DNA of 64,000 nucleotides, from assembly GCF_003334405.1 (NCBI RefSeq), contig NZ_QOWM01000008.1. One strand, given 5' to 3'. This DNA comes from Escherichia coli. GTDB taxonomy: Bacteria > Pseudomonadota > Gammaproteobacteria > Enterobacterales > Enterobacteriaceae. Both the position numbers and the translations under genes were made by a program. Position 1 is the stretch's first letter. Every line of letters begins with the position of its first letter. Positions 44,609 to 55,334 of this stretch are shown piece after piece. A model generated the notes under the pieces. The model was given only the letters and a program-made list of their open reading frames with translations. It searched no databases and was not told where the DNA came from.

Positions 44609-45247
44609 ATGAAAAAGTTAACAGTGGCGGCTTTGGCAGTAACAACTCTTCTCTCTGGCAGTGCCTTTGCGCATGAAGCAGGCGAATTTTTTATGCGTGC
44701 AGGTTCTGCAACCGTACGTCCAACAGAAGGTGCTGGTGGTACGTTAGGAAGTCTGGGTGGATTCAGCGTGACCAATAACACGCAACTGGGCCTTACGTTT
44801 ACTTATATGGCGACCGACAACATTGGTGTGGAATTACTGGCAGCGACGCCGTTCCGCCATAAAATCGGCACCCGGGCGACCGGCGATATTGCAACCGTTC
44901 ATCATCTGCCACCAACACTGATGGCGCAGTGGTATTTTGGTGATGCCAGCAGCAAATTCCGTCCTTACGTTGGGGCAGGTATTAACTACACCACCTTCTT
45001 TGATAATGGATTTAACGATCATGGCAAAGAGGCAGGGCTTTCCGATCTCAGTCTGAAAGATTCCTGGGGAGCTGCCGGGCAGGTGGGGGTTGATTATCTG
45101 ATTAACCGTGACTGGTTGGTTAACATGTCAGTGTGGTACATGGATATCGATACCACCGCCAATTATAAGCTGGGCGGTGCACAGCAACACGATAGCGTAC
45201 GCCTCGATCCGTGGGTGTTTATGTTCTCAGCAGGATATCGTTTTTAA
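44609..45247 (+). CDS. ompW: Outer membrane protein W, 212 aa
   Basis: ORF track; signal peptide MKKLTVAALAVTTLLSGSAFA. Confidence 0.95.
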   Translation: MKKLTVAALAVTTLLSGSAFAHEAGEFFMRAGSATVRPTEGAGGTLGSLGGFSVTNNTQLGLTFTYMATDNIGVELLAATPFRHKIGTRATGDIATVHHLPPTLMAQWYFGDASSKFRPYVGAGINYTTFFDNGFNDHGKEAGLSDLSLKDSWGAAGQVGVDYLINRDWLVNMSVWYMDIDTTANYKLGGAQQHDSVRLDPWVFMFSAGYRF

Positions 45248-45306
45248 TTCCGCACAAAAACGACCCCGTAATATACGGGGTCAATAAGGACATGGTATAA
45301 AGGGTA

Positions 45307-45813
45307 TTATTTCTTCGCTTCTACGCCATCAGTTTCAGAGCGAATTAAAAATTTCTCAGTTGTTTGCGGAATATTCTGAATCAGCCAGTCGGCCATTTGC
45401 TTTTCCTCATTTAAAATCGCTTCGATGGTTGGAATTGAAGCTGTATCACCGGCATTTTTTGCTGCTGCTAATAGTGAGGTGTAACAGGCGATTTCAAATT
45501 GCTCGAAGACATATCCGCTAATAGAGCCTTTGACTATTTCATCAGAAGGGAATATACCACCGATTGACTGCCCAAGCGCAGCCATTTTACTCATGGAATC
45601 TTTAATGACTGAACGTGAAATGTCATTACGATCAAGAATAGTTTCCAGTTGAACAATCTGGTTTTTGGTTTCACTAAGATGTTGTTCAATACGAGCGCGT
45701 AGTTCAGGATAATTATCTATACGGCTGGCCATGGATTCAAGCATAGATTCGGCTTGCTTTTCCATTGCGTGGGCGTCACGTAACCAGTCATGATAATGTT
45801 CAATACGATTCAT
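45307..45813 (-). CDS. yciE: Ferritin-like protein YciE, 168 aa
   Basis: ORF track. Confidence 0.9.
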   Translation of the reverse strand: MNRIEHYHDWLRDAHAMEKQAESMLESMASRIDNYPELRARIEQHLSETKNQIVQLETILDRNDISRSVIKDSMSKMAALGQSIGGIFPSDEIVKGSISGYVFEQFEIACYTSLLAAAKNAGDTASIPTIEAILNEEKQMADWLIQNIPQTTEKFLIRSETDGVEAKK

Positions 45814-45858
45814 GAAAATGTCCTCTTTATAAAATGACTAAAAGTTAAAATTCATATT

Positions 45859-46359
45859 TCAGGCTTTATTTTCGGCTTTCTTATTTACGTTATTAATGGC
45901 CAGATCAGTCAGTTTGATGTCGGTGGCCTTTTCTTCTTCCAGGGTTTCTTTCAGAAGCTTCGCTGCTTTACGGTAACCTAATTGTTCAGCCAGCGTCGCT
46001 AATGTCCCGTAACTGGCAATCTCATAATGCTCGACTTTCTGTGCTGCGGCAATCAGTGCGGCATCACGCACTTCGTTTTTCTCGGTACTTTCGATGACCT
46101 CATTAGCTTCTTCAATAAGACCTTCCATTGCCACACATTTCATGCGCTTAATTTTCAGGTTCGATTCGGACTCCACAACTTGATCAATACGTTCAATCTG
46201 TCCATGAGTTTCCTCGAGGTGCGCATGAAAAGCCTGACTTAATTTTTCATTTGATGTTGCTCTTGCGAGTTTTGCCAGTGCCCGGGTTAATTGTTTTTCT
46301 GCGCTGTAGGTATCTGAAAGCAGGTGAATAAATACATCTTCAATGGTCTTCATATTCAT
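45859..46359 (-). CDS. yciF: Ferritin-like stress protein YciF, 166 aa
   Basis: ORF track 45859..46407 trimmed to MNMKTIEDVFIHLL... Confidence 0.85.
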   Translation of the reverse strand: MNMKTIEDVFIHLLSDTYSAEKQLTRALAKLARATSNEKLSQAFHAHLEETHGQIERIDQVVESESNLKIKRMKCVAMEGLIEEANEVIESTEKNEVRDAALIAAAQKVEHYEIASYGTLATLAEQLGYRKAAKLLKETLEEEKATDIKLTDLAINNVNKKAENKA

Positions 46360-46444
46360 ATTTTTCTCCAGTGAAATCACTGCGAGCCATACGGCCCGCA
46401 GATGCAATTATCTTTATCAGCTGATATTAATAATTAACGGTGAA

Positions 46445-46624
46445 TCAGGATTTGCCTGATTTATTACCACCGCTTTGTTGACCGCCTTTTTTACCCGCTT
46501 CAGATGCGCGTTGCGGATCATTTTTAAAATTACCGCCGCTATGCTGACCGCCTTTACGGCCTGCGTCGGATGCCTTCTCACGGTCTTCGGCGAAATTTCC
46601 TGAACCACCACGATGTTCGGCCAT
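46445..46624 (-). CDS. yciG: KGG-repeat general stress protein YciG, 59 aa
   Basis: ORF track 46445..46681 trimmed to MAEHRGGSGNFAEDRE...; repeated GG...KKGGQ motifs. Confidence 0.8.
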   Translation of the reverse strand: MAEHRGGSGNFAEDREKASDAGRKGGQHSGGNFKNDPQRASEAGKKGGQQSGGNKSGKS

Positions 46625-47004
46625 GTTATTTCTCCCGTTGCGTTGCATTGTTTCATTAATATGAGTGTTGTGTGTCGACACTCATTAAAATTAGTCGCTA
46701 ATGAGAATTAGTCAAATTAAGCGCAACGAGAAGATAGAGGGAAAATATATTTTGAGGAACATTCTGGATATATTAACAATTACCTGAGGAATAAGTGACT
46801 TAGAGAAAATTATTGATTTTACTGGTGTTATGTTGCGGGATTAATTTGTTTGATTATATTACTGTTGGGCGGAAAAATGACGTAAGTTGACGTTCGACCG
46901 GGGTAAGCGAAACGGTAAAAAGATAAATATTAAATGAATTTAGGATTTTTCCGGCTTCATTAAAGAAAGTTAAAATGCCGCCAGCGGAACTGGCGGCTGT
47001 GGGA

Positions 47005-47811
47005 TTAACTGCGCGTCGCCGCTTTCATCGGTTGTACAAAAACTTTCAGTGCCGCCAGCATTTTCTCTGGCTCATTAATATGTTGCTCGATGATTTTAAC
47101 AATGGCCGAACCAGAAATCGCGCCCGCAGCTCCTGCATCAATCGCTGCTTTTACCTGATCCGGGGCGGAAATACCAAATCCCTGCAATGGAGGTGCAGCG
47201 TTGTACTCTTTCAGCTTCGCAACCAGATGATTGAGGGGTAACGCGGCGCGGTTTTCTGCGCCGGTCACGCCTGCTCGTGACAGCAAATAGGTGTAACCAC
47301 GACCGTAAGAGGCTATCTGGCGCAGCAGGTCGTCATCGGCATTTGGCGGGCAGATGAAGATAGGTGCGACATTATGACGCAACGCGGCCTGGCGGAAGGG
47401 CGCGGACTCTTCAACTGGCACATCGGCAACCAGCACCGAATCGACGCCGACTTTTTCGCACTGGGCATAAAACTCATCAATGCCTTTGTTAAACACCAGA
47501 TTGGCATACATCAACAGGCCAATGGGAATGGTCGGGTGTTTCTGGCGAATCAGTGCCAGCATTTCAAAACATTGTGCCGGAGTCACACCTGCCGCAAAGG
47601 CGCGCAGAGTGGCGTTTTGAATCGTCGGGCCATCCGCCAGTGGGTCGGAGAAGGGGATACCTAACTCCAGCGCGTCAGCACCGGCTTCAATTAGCGTATC
47701 GATAATTTTCAATGACTGCTCAATGCCCGGATCACCGAGCGTGACGAAAGGAACGAATGCGCCTTCTTTGCGCTCCTTCAACTGGGCAAACAGAGATTCG
47801 TAGCGTTCCAT
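47005..47811 (-). CDS. trpA: Tryptophan synthase alpha subunit, 268 aa
   Basis: ORF track. Confidence 0.97.
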
Positions 47812-49004
47812 CAGATTTCCCCTCGTGCTTTCAAAATATCGTGAACGGTGAAGATGTCTTTATCGCCGCGACCGGAAAGGTTAACCACCAGTAGCTGCTC
47901 TTTATCCGGGTTTTCGCGCATCATTTTCAACGCATGGGCCAGGGCGTGGGAGGATTCCAGCGCCGGGATGATCCCTTCGTGCAGGCACAGCGTTTTGAAG
48001 GCTTCAAGGGCTTCATCATCGGTAATAGACACGTAATCAGCGCGTCCAGTGCTGTTAAGATACGCGTGTTGTGGGCCGACAGACGGGAAATCCAGTCCGG
48101 CGGAGATGGAGTAAGATTCTTCAATCTGCCCGTCTTCGGTTTGCATCATCGGCGCTTTCATACCGAAATAGATACCCACGCGACCATGTTTTAGCGGTGC
48201 GCCGTGCTCGCCAGTTTCGATACCGTGACCACCTGGCTCCACACCAATCAGGCCGACGTTGGTTTCATTGATGAAATCAGCAAACATGCCGATGGCATTC
48301 GAACCGCCGCCAACACAGGCGATAACGGCATCCGGCAGGCGACCTTCTCTTTCCAGAATCTGCGCTTTGGTTTCTTCGCCAATCATCCGCTGAAACTCAC
48401 GCACAATGGTCGGATAAGGATGCGGGCCAGCTGCGGTGCCCAGCATATAGTGCGCGGTTTCGTAACTACCGGACCAGTCGCGCAGCGCCTCGTTACAGGC
48501 ATCTTTCAGCGTCGCGGAACCGCTATGCACCGGGATCACTTCCGCACCCATTAAGCGCATACGAAAAACGTTAGGCGACTGGCGTTCAACGTCTTTGGCA
48601 CCCATATAAATACGGCATTTCAGGCCGAGCAGGGCGCTGGCAAGGGCCGACGCCACGCCATGCTGACCGGCACCGGTTTCGGCGATGATTTCGGTTTTAC
48701 CCATCCGCTTCGCCAGCAACGCCTGCCCCAGCACCTGGTTAGTTTTATGCGCGCCGCCGTGCAGCAAATCTTCACGCTTGAGATACAGCGTGGTGTTCGT
48801 CCCGGCTGTAATGTTCTGGCATTTGGTCAGCGCGGTTGGACGCCCGGCATAGTTTTTCAGCAGGTCGTTGAACTGAGCCTGAAATTCAGGATCTTTTTGC
48901 GCACTGACAAAAGCTTCTTCCAGCTGGCGCAGAGCAGGCATCAGGATTTGTGGCACGTACATGCCGCCAAACTCACCAAAATAGGGGTTAAGTAATGTTG
49001 TCAT
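47811..49004 (-). CDS. trpB: Tryptophan synthase beta subunit, 397 aa
   Basis: ORF track; 1-nt overlap with trpA. Confidence 0.97.
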
Positions 49005-49015
49005 TGTTCCTTTCC

Positions 49016-50377
49016 TTAATATGCGCGCAGCGTCTGGAAAACCGAGGCCAAAAGACGTGCGTCTTTGATGCCCGGTTGCGACTCTACAGCAGAATTAAAA
49101 TCAAGTCCGGCGCAGCCGGTTTGTGCCGCTTCCACGCAGTTATCTGCGCCTAAGCCCCCCGCCAGCAGAACGTTGCCAAGCGATTGACCATTTAATAGTG
49201 ACCAGTCAAAACGTTGCCCGCTTCCACCCTGGCCGTTGTCTAAAACATATTTATCAACGTGCTGAAACTCGCGGGCGGGCAGGGTTTCACCGACGCTTAA
49301 TGCTTTCCAGATGGCAACATGTGCTGGCAGAGCTTCACGCAGCGTATCGATATACAGCTGTTCTTCATTACCATGCAGTTGCACTGCCGCCAGCGATAAC
49401 ACCTTAGCTTTGTCCACCACATCGGCAATATCGTGATTGCGGAACACGCCAACATACTGCAACGGTGCCGCAGCCATCACTTCCTGCGCCTGTTCAACGT
49501 TGACGCAACGCGGTGATGTCGCAACAAAAATCAACCCACCGTAAATCGCGCCCGCGTCATAAGCTGCTTTAGCATCTTGCCCACGCGTCAGGCCACATAC
49601 TTTATTCTCACCCAGCAACACCCGGCGCACGGCGGCGTGCAAATCGTCATGGGCCATCAACGCCGAACCAATCAGAAAACCGTTAGCGAAGTGGCTTAAC
49701 TCGCGCACCTGAGCGTAAGTATTGATGCCGGATTCGCTGATTACCGTCACGTTGTGCCCCAGTTTCGGCGCAAGCTCGCGGGTACGGTTGAGATCAATCG
49801 ACAAATCACGCAGATCGCGGTTGTTGATGCCAACGACCTTTGCTCCCAATGCAATGGCGCGCTCCTGTTCCTCTTCATTACTGACTTCGGTCAGCACCCC
49901 CATCTCCAGACTGTGAGCGACGGCGGCAAGCTGGCGATATTGGTCGTCATCCAGTACTGAAAGCATTAATAAGCAGGCATCGGCCTGGTAATAGCGCGCC
50001 AGATAGATCTGGTAAGGGTCGATAATGAAGTCTTTACATAAAATCGGCTGCGGGGCGATTTGGCTGACGATGGGGAGGAAATTAAAGCTCCCCTGAAAAT
50101 ATTTCTCATCAGTCAGCACCGAAATTGCCGAAGCGTAATGTTTATAAATGGCGGCAATGCGTGCTGGATCGAAATCATCACGGATCACGCCTTTTGACGG
50201 CGACGCTTTCTTGCACTCCAGAATAAACGCCGTGCGCGCACCCTGTAGCGCATCATAAAAATGTCGCGTGCTCGGCTGAACCTCATTCTGAAAACTGGCC
50301 AGCGGTTGCTGCTGTTTGCGGGCTTCTACCCAAATCGCCTTGTCTGCGACGATTTTCGCTAAAACGGTTTGCATCAT
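49016..50377 (-). CDS. trpC: Bifunctional indole-3-glycerol-phosphate synthase / PRA isomerase, 453 aa
   Basis: ORF track. Confidence 0.97.
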
Positions 50378-51973
50378 TTACCCTCGTGCCGCCAGTGCGG
50401 TGACTCTGTCGTAAGCGGAACCACTGCGCAGTACCTCAAGAACGGTTTGCGCATTGGCTTGCAGATCTTCATGGCCATGCAGGCGCATTAACATGGCGAC
50501 GTTCGCAGCGACGGCTGCTTCATGGGCGGCGTCGCCTTTACCTTGTAACAAACGTGTTAAAATGTCACGGTTTTCTTCCGGTGTTCCGCCTGCCAGTTGC
50601 TCCTGGTGGTAGGGTGTCAGGCCAAAGTCTTCTGCGGTGAGCTGATAGCTTTTAATTTCGCCGTCATGCAGTTCGGCAACGATTGTCGGCGCGTGTAATG
50701 AAACTTCATCCATCCCGCCGCTGTGCACCACCGCCGCGCGTTGATACCCCAGCACGCGCAAGGTTTCGGCAATCGGCAGCACCAGTTCCGGACTATAAAC
50801 ACCAATTAACGCCAGCGGCGGATGCGCCGGGTTAATCAATGGCCCCAGCACATTGAACAGGGTGCGGGTTTTCAGTTGCTGGCGAACCGGCATCGCGTGG
50901 CGGAATCCGGTGTGATACTTCGGCGCAAAGAGGAAACATACACCTAACTCATCCAGCGCCTGGCGCGATTTATCGGCGTTCATATCAAGATTAATACCGA
51001 ACGCCGCCAGCAGATCGGACGAACCAGATTTACTGGAGACGCTACGGTTGCCGTGTTTCGCCACTTTCAGCCCACAGGCCGCGGCGACAAACGCACTGGC
51101 GGTAGAAATATTGATACTGTTGCTGCCGTCACCGCCAGTACCGACGATATCAGCAAACAGATAATCCGGGCGCGGGAACGGCGCTGCGTTTTCCAGTAGC
51201 GCGGTTGCTGCCCCGGCGATCTCGTTCGGGTGCTCACCGCGAATTTTCATGCTCACCAGCGCCGCCGCCAGTTGTTCCGGCTTCAGCTCGCCACGCACCA
51301 CCGCTGAAAACAGCTGGTGGCTTTCTTGTTGGCTAAGCGTCTGCGCCTGATACAGTTTTTCCAGAATCGGTTGCAGCGTGTTGGCTGGCTCTAGTTTCTG
51401 CTGCGCCCAGGCCAGCGTTTGTTCCAGCAGGCGAGCGCCCTGGGTGGTGAGAATGGATTCCGGATGGAACTGGAATCCACAAACGCGATCCGCATCGTGA
51501 CGTACTGCCATCACCATGCCATTAAAATGGGCGTTGATGGTTAAACCGGCCGGAATGTTACTGCCAACCAGCGAGTGATAACGCGCCACCGGCAGCGGGT
51601 TTGTTAATCCGGCAAACATCGCCTGACCGTCATGTTCAATGCTGGAGGCTTTACCGTGGAGAATTTCGCCCGCCTGACCGACATAGCCCCCGTAAGCTTC
51701 GACAATCGCCTGATGTCCGAGGCAAATGCCAATAATGGGCAGCTTGCCACGCAAGCGGGTGAGGAGTTCCGGCATACAACCGGCTTCGCTCGGCACACCG
51801 GGGCCAGGAGAAAGCATCAGCACCGGATTGCTCATGGTCGCCAGGCGTTCAATTAAGGTTTGCGCCGGAATATGGTTGCGGTAAATCACCACGTTATGCC
51901 CATTGCTGCGCAACTGATCTGCCAGGTTGTACGTAAAAGAGTCGATATTATCGAGCAGCAGAATGTCAGCCAT
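50378..51973 (-). CDS. trpD: Bifunctional anthranilate synthase glutamine amidotransferase / anthranilate phosphoribosyltransferase, 531 aa
   Basis: ORF track. Confidence 0.97.
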   Translation of the reverse strand: MADILLLDNIDSFTYNLADQLRSNGHNVVIYRNHIPAQTLIERLATMSNPVLMLSPGPGVPSEAGCMPELLTRLRGKLPIIGICLGHQAIVEAYGGYVGQAGEILHGKASSIEHDGQAMFAGLTNPLPVARYHSLVGSNIPAGLTINAHFNGMVMAVRHDADRVCGFQFHPESILTTQGARLLEQTLAWAQQKLEPANTLQPILEKLYQAQTLSQQESHQLFSAVVRGELKPEQLAAALVSMKIRGEHPNEIAGAATALLENAAPFPRPDYLFADIVGTGGDGSNSINISTASAFVAAACGLKVAKHGNRSVSSKSGSSDLLAAFGINLDMNADKSRQALDELGVCFLFAPKYHTGFRHAMPVRQQLKTRTLFNVLGPLINPAHPPLALIGVYSPELVLPIAETLRVLGYQRAAVVHSGGMDEVSLHAPTIVAELHDGEIKSYQLTAEDFGLTPYHQEQLAGGTPEENRDILTRLLQGKGDAAHEAAVAANVAMLMRLHGHEDLQANAQTVLEVLRSGSAYDRVTALAARG

Positions 51974-53535
51974 CAGAAAGTCTCCTGTGCATGATGCGCG
52001 GTGGCAATAGCGCGCAGTACAGCGCGGGCTTTGTTACGGGTTTCGTCGGCTTCCGACTGCGGAACAGAATCAAGGACTACACCAGCACCCGCTTGCACGG
52101 TGGCGATACCGTTTTCCACCAGCGCCGAGCGGATCACAATGCAGGTGTCGAGATCGCCATGCGCGGTGAAATAACCTACCGCGCCGCCGTAGCTGCCGCG
52201 GCGACGACCTTCCGCCTCGGCAATTAACTGCATAGCGCGTACTTTCGGCGCACCGCTTAACGTCCCCATATTCATACAGGCGCGATAAGCGTGCAGGGCG
52301 TCAAGATCGTGACGCAGTTCGCCGACTACGCGAGAGACGAGGTGCATCACATAGGAATAACGGTCAACTTTGGTGAGATCGGCGACGTAGCGGCTGCCGG
52401 GGGTGCAAATGCGTGCCAGATCATTACGGGCGAGATCAACCAGCATCAGATGTTCAGACAGCTCTTTATGATCGGTACGCATTTCCAGTTCAATACGGCT
52501 GTCGAGATCTCTGTCCAGTGAACCATCGGCGCGACGACCGCGTGGGCGTGTTCCGGCAATCGGGTAGATCTCAATCTGGCGGCTGGTGGCATCATACTTG
52601 AGCGAGCTTTCCGGCGACGCGCCAAATAGGGTGAAATCATTATCCTGCATAAAAAACATGTACGGGCTGGGATTACTCTTTTTCAGCACGTAATAGGCCG
52701 CCAGCGGTGACGGGCAGGGCAGAGAGAAACGGCGAGATGGCACCACCTGGAAAATTTCTCCAGCGCGAATCGCTTTTTGCAACAAACGCACTACGCCACC
52801 GAACTCTTCATCGCTCTGATTACATTCACAACGCATATGCGGCACGGAAACCACTGGCAGCGGCGGCGCGGCTTCGGTCAGTTGCTGACGTAGTTCGTTC
52901 AGGCGAGCAGTGAGACGTTGTTTTTCTTCTTCATTCGGAGCAAACAGGCTGGCCTGAATACGGGTGCTTTTTTTCTGATGGTCAATCACCATCAGCGTTT
53001 CAGCGAGATAAAAACAGAAATCAGGGCAGTTATTTTCCGCTGACAGTTGCGGTAAATCTTCAAATCCCGCCACAAGGTCATAAGAGAACAGGCCGCCGAA
53101 GAACATGGCTTCTCGTTCTTCCTTCGGTACATTCAACAGATTCTGCAATAAACGGAAAGCGTCAAAAACCGAAAGGGAGCATAAGCGGGCGTCTTCATCC
53201 AGCAGTGGACTGACAGGGGGGAAGCGCAGCACACGGCAGTTTGGTGATTGTTCACTTTCCACACCCGCAGGCAGGGCGTTATCCAGTAGTGCCAGCAGGG
53301 CTTCGCCGTTGCCGGAAAGTGCCTGGATTGTGACAGTGTCACCTAAAGCTGTAATGCGCAGCGCACTGTCTACCAGCAGCAGGCTTTTTAAATCATCTTT
53401 GCTGTCGATATCTGCGGATTCCAGCAGCAGCGTTGCCGGACGATCCCCACACAACTGGTGAAAAAGCGCGGTGGGATTGTCGCGATAAGCGCCTTCGCAG
53501 GTTAGCAGTTCGAGAGTCGGTTTTTGTGTTTGCAT
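51973..53535 (-). CDS. trpE: Anthranilate synthase component I, 520 aa
   Basis: ORF track; 1-nt overlap with trpD. Confidence 0.97.
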   Translation of the reverse strand: MQTQKPTLELLTCEGAYRDNPTALFHQLCGDRPATLLLESADIDSKDDLKSLLLVDSALRITALGDTVTIQALSGNGEALLALLDNALPAGVESEQSPNCRVLRFPPVSPLLDEDARLCSLSVFDAFRLLQNLLNVPKEEREAMFFGGLFSYDLVAGFEDLPQLSAENNCPDFCFYLAETLMVIDHQKKSTRIQASLFAPNEEEKQRLTARLNELRQQLTEAAPPLPVVSVPHMRCECNQSDEEFGGVVRLLQKAIRAGEIFQVVPSRRFSLPCPSPLAAYYVLKKSNPSPYMFFMQDNDFTLFGASPESSLKYDATSRQIEIYPIAGTRPRGRRADGSLDRDLDSRIELEMRTDHKELSEHLMLVDLARNDLARICTPGSRYVADLTKVDRYSYVMHLVSRVVGELRHDLDALHAYRACMNMGTLSGAPKVRAMQLIAEAEGRRRGSYGGAVGYFTAHGDLDTCIVIRSALVENGIATVQAGAGVVLDSVPQSEADETRNKARAVLRAIATAHHAQETF

Positions 53536-53556
53536 TGTTATTCTCTAATTTTGTTC

Positions 53557-53584
53557 AAAAAAAAGCCCGCTCATTAGGCGGGCT
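53557..53584 (-). terminator. trp attenuator (3:4 terminator hairpin plus U-tract)
   Basis: Minus strand reads AGCCCGCCTAATGAGCGGGCTTTTTTTT between trpL and trpE. Confidence 0.9.
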
Positions 53585-53626
53585 GGGTATCTGATTGCTT
53601 TACGCATGGTGAATACACTGCCCGTT

Positions 53627-53671
53627 TCAGGAAGTGCGCCACCAACCTTTCAGTACGAAAATTGCTTTCAT
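53627..53671 (-). CDS. trpL: trp operon leader peptide, 14 aa ([14 protein letters not shown])
   Basis: Hand translation: ATG AAA GCA ATT TTC GTA CTG AAA GGT TGG TGG CGC ACT TCC TGA with tandem Trp codons. Confidence 0.9.
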
Positions 53672-53694
53672 TGTCGATACCCTTTTTACGTGAA

Positions 53695-53735
53695 CTTGCG
53701 TACTAGTTAACTAGTTCGATGATTAATTGTCAACA
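53695..53735 (-). promoter_or_regulatory. trp promoter and TrpR operator
   Basis: TTGACA -35 (complement at about 53728-53733) and ACTAGTTAACTAGT operator palindrome overlapping the -10. Confidence 0.85.
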
Positions 53736-53808
53736 GCTCATTTCAGAATATTTGCCAGAACCGTTATGATGTCGGCGCAAAAAACATTATCCAGAACGGG
53801 AGTGCGCC

Positions 53809-54690
53809 TTGAGCGACACGAATTATGCAGTGATTTACGACCTGCACAGCCATACCACAGCTTCCGATGGCTGCCTGACGCCAGAAGCATTGGTGCACCG
53901 TGCAGTCGAGATGCGCGTCGGCACCCTGGCGATCACCGACCATGACACCACAGCTGCAATCGCGCCAGCAAGAGAGGAAATTTCACGTTCGGGACTGGCG
54001 TTGAATCTTATTCCCGGCGTGGAAATTTCCACGGTCTGGGAAAATCATGAAATTCATATTGTCGGGCTGAATATTGATATTACTCATCCGCTAATGTGTG
54101 AGTTCCTCGCGCAGCAGACAGAACGGCGCAATCAGCGGGCGCAGCTGATTGCCGAAAGACTTGAAAAAGCGCAAATACCTGGGGCGCTGGAAGGCGCACA
54201 ACGACTGGCGCAGGGCGGCGCAGTGACGCGCGGTCATTTTGCGCGTTTCCTTGTTGAGTGCGGCAAAGCCAGTTCAATGGCGGATGTCTTTAAAAAGTAT
54301 CTGGCGCGCGGGAAAACCGGATACGTTCCGCCACAGTGGTGTACAATAGAACAAGCTATTGATGTCATTCATCATTCTGGCGGTAAGGCGGTGCTAGCTC
54401 ATCCTGGGCGGTACAATCTTAGTGCTAAATGGCTGAAAAGATTGGTTGCGCATTTTGCCGAACACCACGGTGACGCGATGGAAGTCGCGCAGTGCCAGCA
54501 ATCGCCCAATGAACGTACCCAGCTGGCGGCCCTTGCGCGTCAGCATCATTTATGGGCATCACAAGGATCTGATTTTCATCAGCCATGCCCGTGGATCGAA
54601 CTGGGTCGTAAACTCTGGCTGCCCGCAGGCGTTGAAGGCGTCTGGCAGCTATGGGAACAGCCGCAGAACACCACAGAGAGGGAATTATGA
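53809..54690 (+). CDS. yciV: PHP-domain 5'-3' exoribonuclease YciV (Rnm/TrpH), 293 aa
   Basis: ORF track; HSHT...DG PHP motif near N-terminus. Confidence 0.9.
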   Translation: MSDTNYAVIYDLHSHTTASDGCLTPEALVHRAVEMRVGTLAITDHDTTAAIAPAREEISRSGLALNLIPGVEISTVWENHEIHIVGLNIDITHPLMCEFLAQQTERRNQRAQLIAERLEKAQIPGALEGAQRLAQGGAVTRGHFARFLVECGKASSMADVFKKYLARGKTGYVPPQWCTIEQAIDVIHHSGGKAVLAHPGRYNLSAKWLKRLVAHFAEHHGDAMEVAQCQQSPNERTQLAALARQHHLWASQGSDFHQPCPWIELGRKLWLPAGVEGVWQLWEQPQNTTEREL

Positions 54691-55307
54691 GCCAGTTTTT
54701 TTATATTCATCCTGATAACCCACAGCAACGTCTGATCAACCAGGCGGTGGAGATCGTGCGTAAAGGCGGGGTGATTGTTTATCCAACTGATTCCGGCTAT
54801 GCGCTCGGCTGTAAAATTGAAGATAAAAACGCGATGGAGCGTATTTGTCGTATTCGCCAGCTGCCGGACGGTCACAACTTTACCCTGATGTGTCGCGATC
54901 TTTCTGAACTCTCGACCTATTCATTTGTTGATAACGTTGCGTTTCGTTTAATGAAAAACAACACGCCGGGCAACTATACCTTCATCCTGAAGGGGACGAA
55001 GGAAGTGCCACGCCGTCTGTTGCAGGAAAAACGCAAAACCATCGGTATGCGTGTGCCTTCTAACCCTATCGCTCAGGCGTTACTTGAAGCATTGGGCGAA
55101 CCGATGCTTTCCACTTCGCTAATGCTGCCAGGCAGCGAATTTACCGAATCGGACCCGGAAGAAATTAAAGATCGTCTGGAAAAACAGGTAGATTTGATTA
55201 TTCACGGCGGCTATCTCGGGCAGAAACCGACAACGGTTATTGATCTTACCGATGATACGCCGGTCGTGGTGCGTGAAGGCGTAGGTGATGTGAAGCCTTT
55301 CTTATAA
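54687..55307 (+). CDS. yciO: YrdC/Sua5-family protein YciO, 206 aa
   Basis: ORF track 54651..55307 trimmed to MSQFFYIHPDNPQQRL; ATGA overlap with yciV stop. Confidence 0.85.
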   Translation: MSQFFYIHPDNPQQRLINQAVEIVRKGGVIVYPTDSGYALGCKIEDKNAMERICRIRQLPDGHNFTLMCRDLSELSTYSFVDNVAFRLMKNNTPGNYTFILKGTKEVPRRLLQEKRKTIGMRVPSNPIAQALLEALGEPMLSTSLMLPGSEFTESDPEEIKDRLEKQVDLIIHGGYLGQKPTTVIDLTDDTPVVVREGVGDVKPFL

Positions 55308-55334
55308 CAAATTGCGTTCCACGGATGGAAGACT

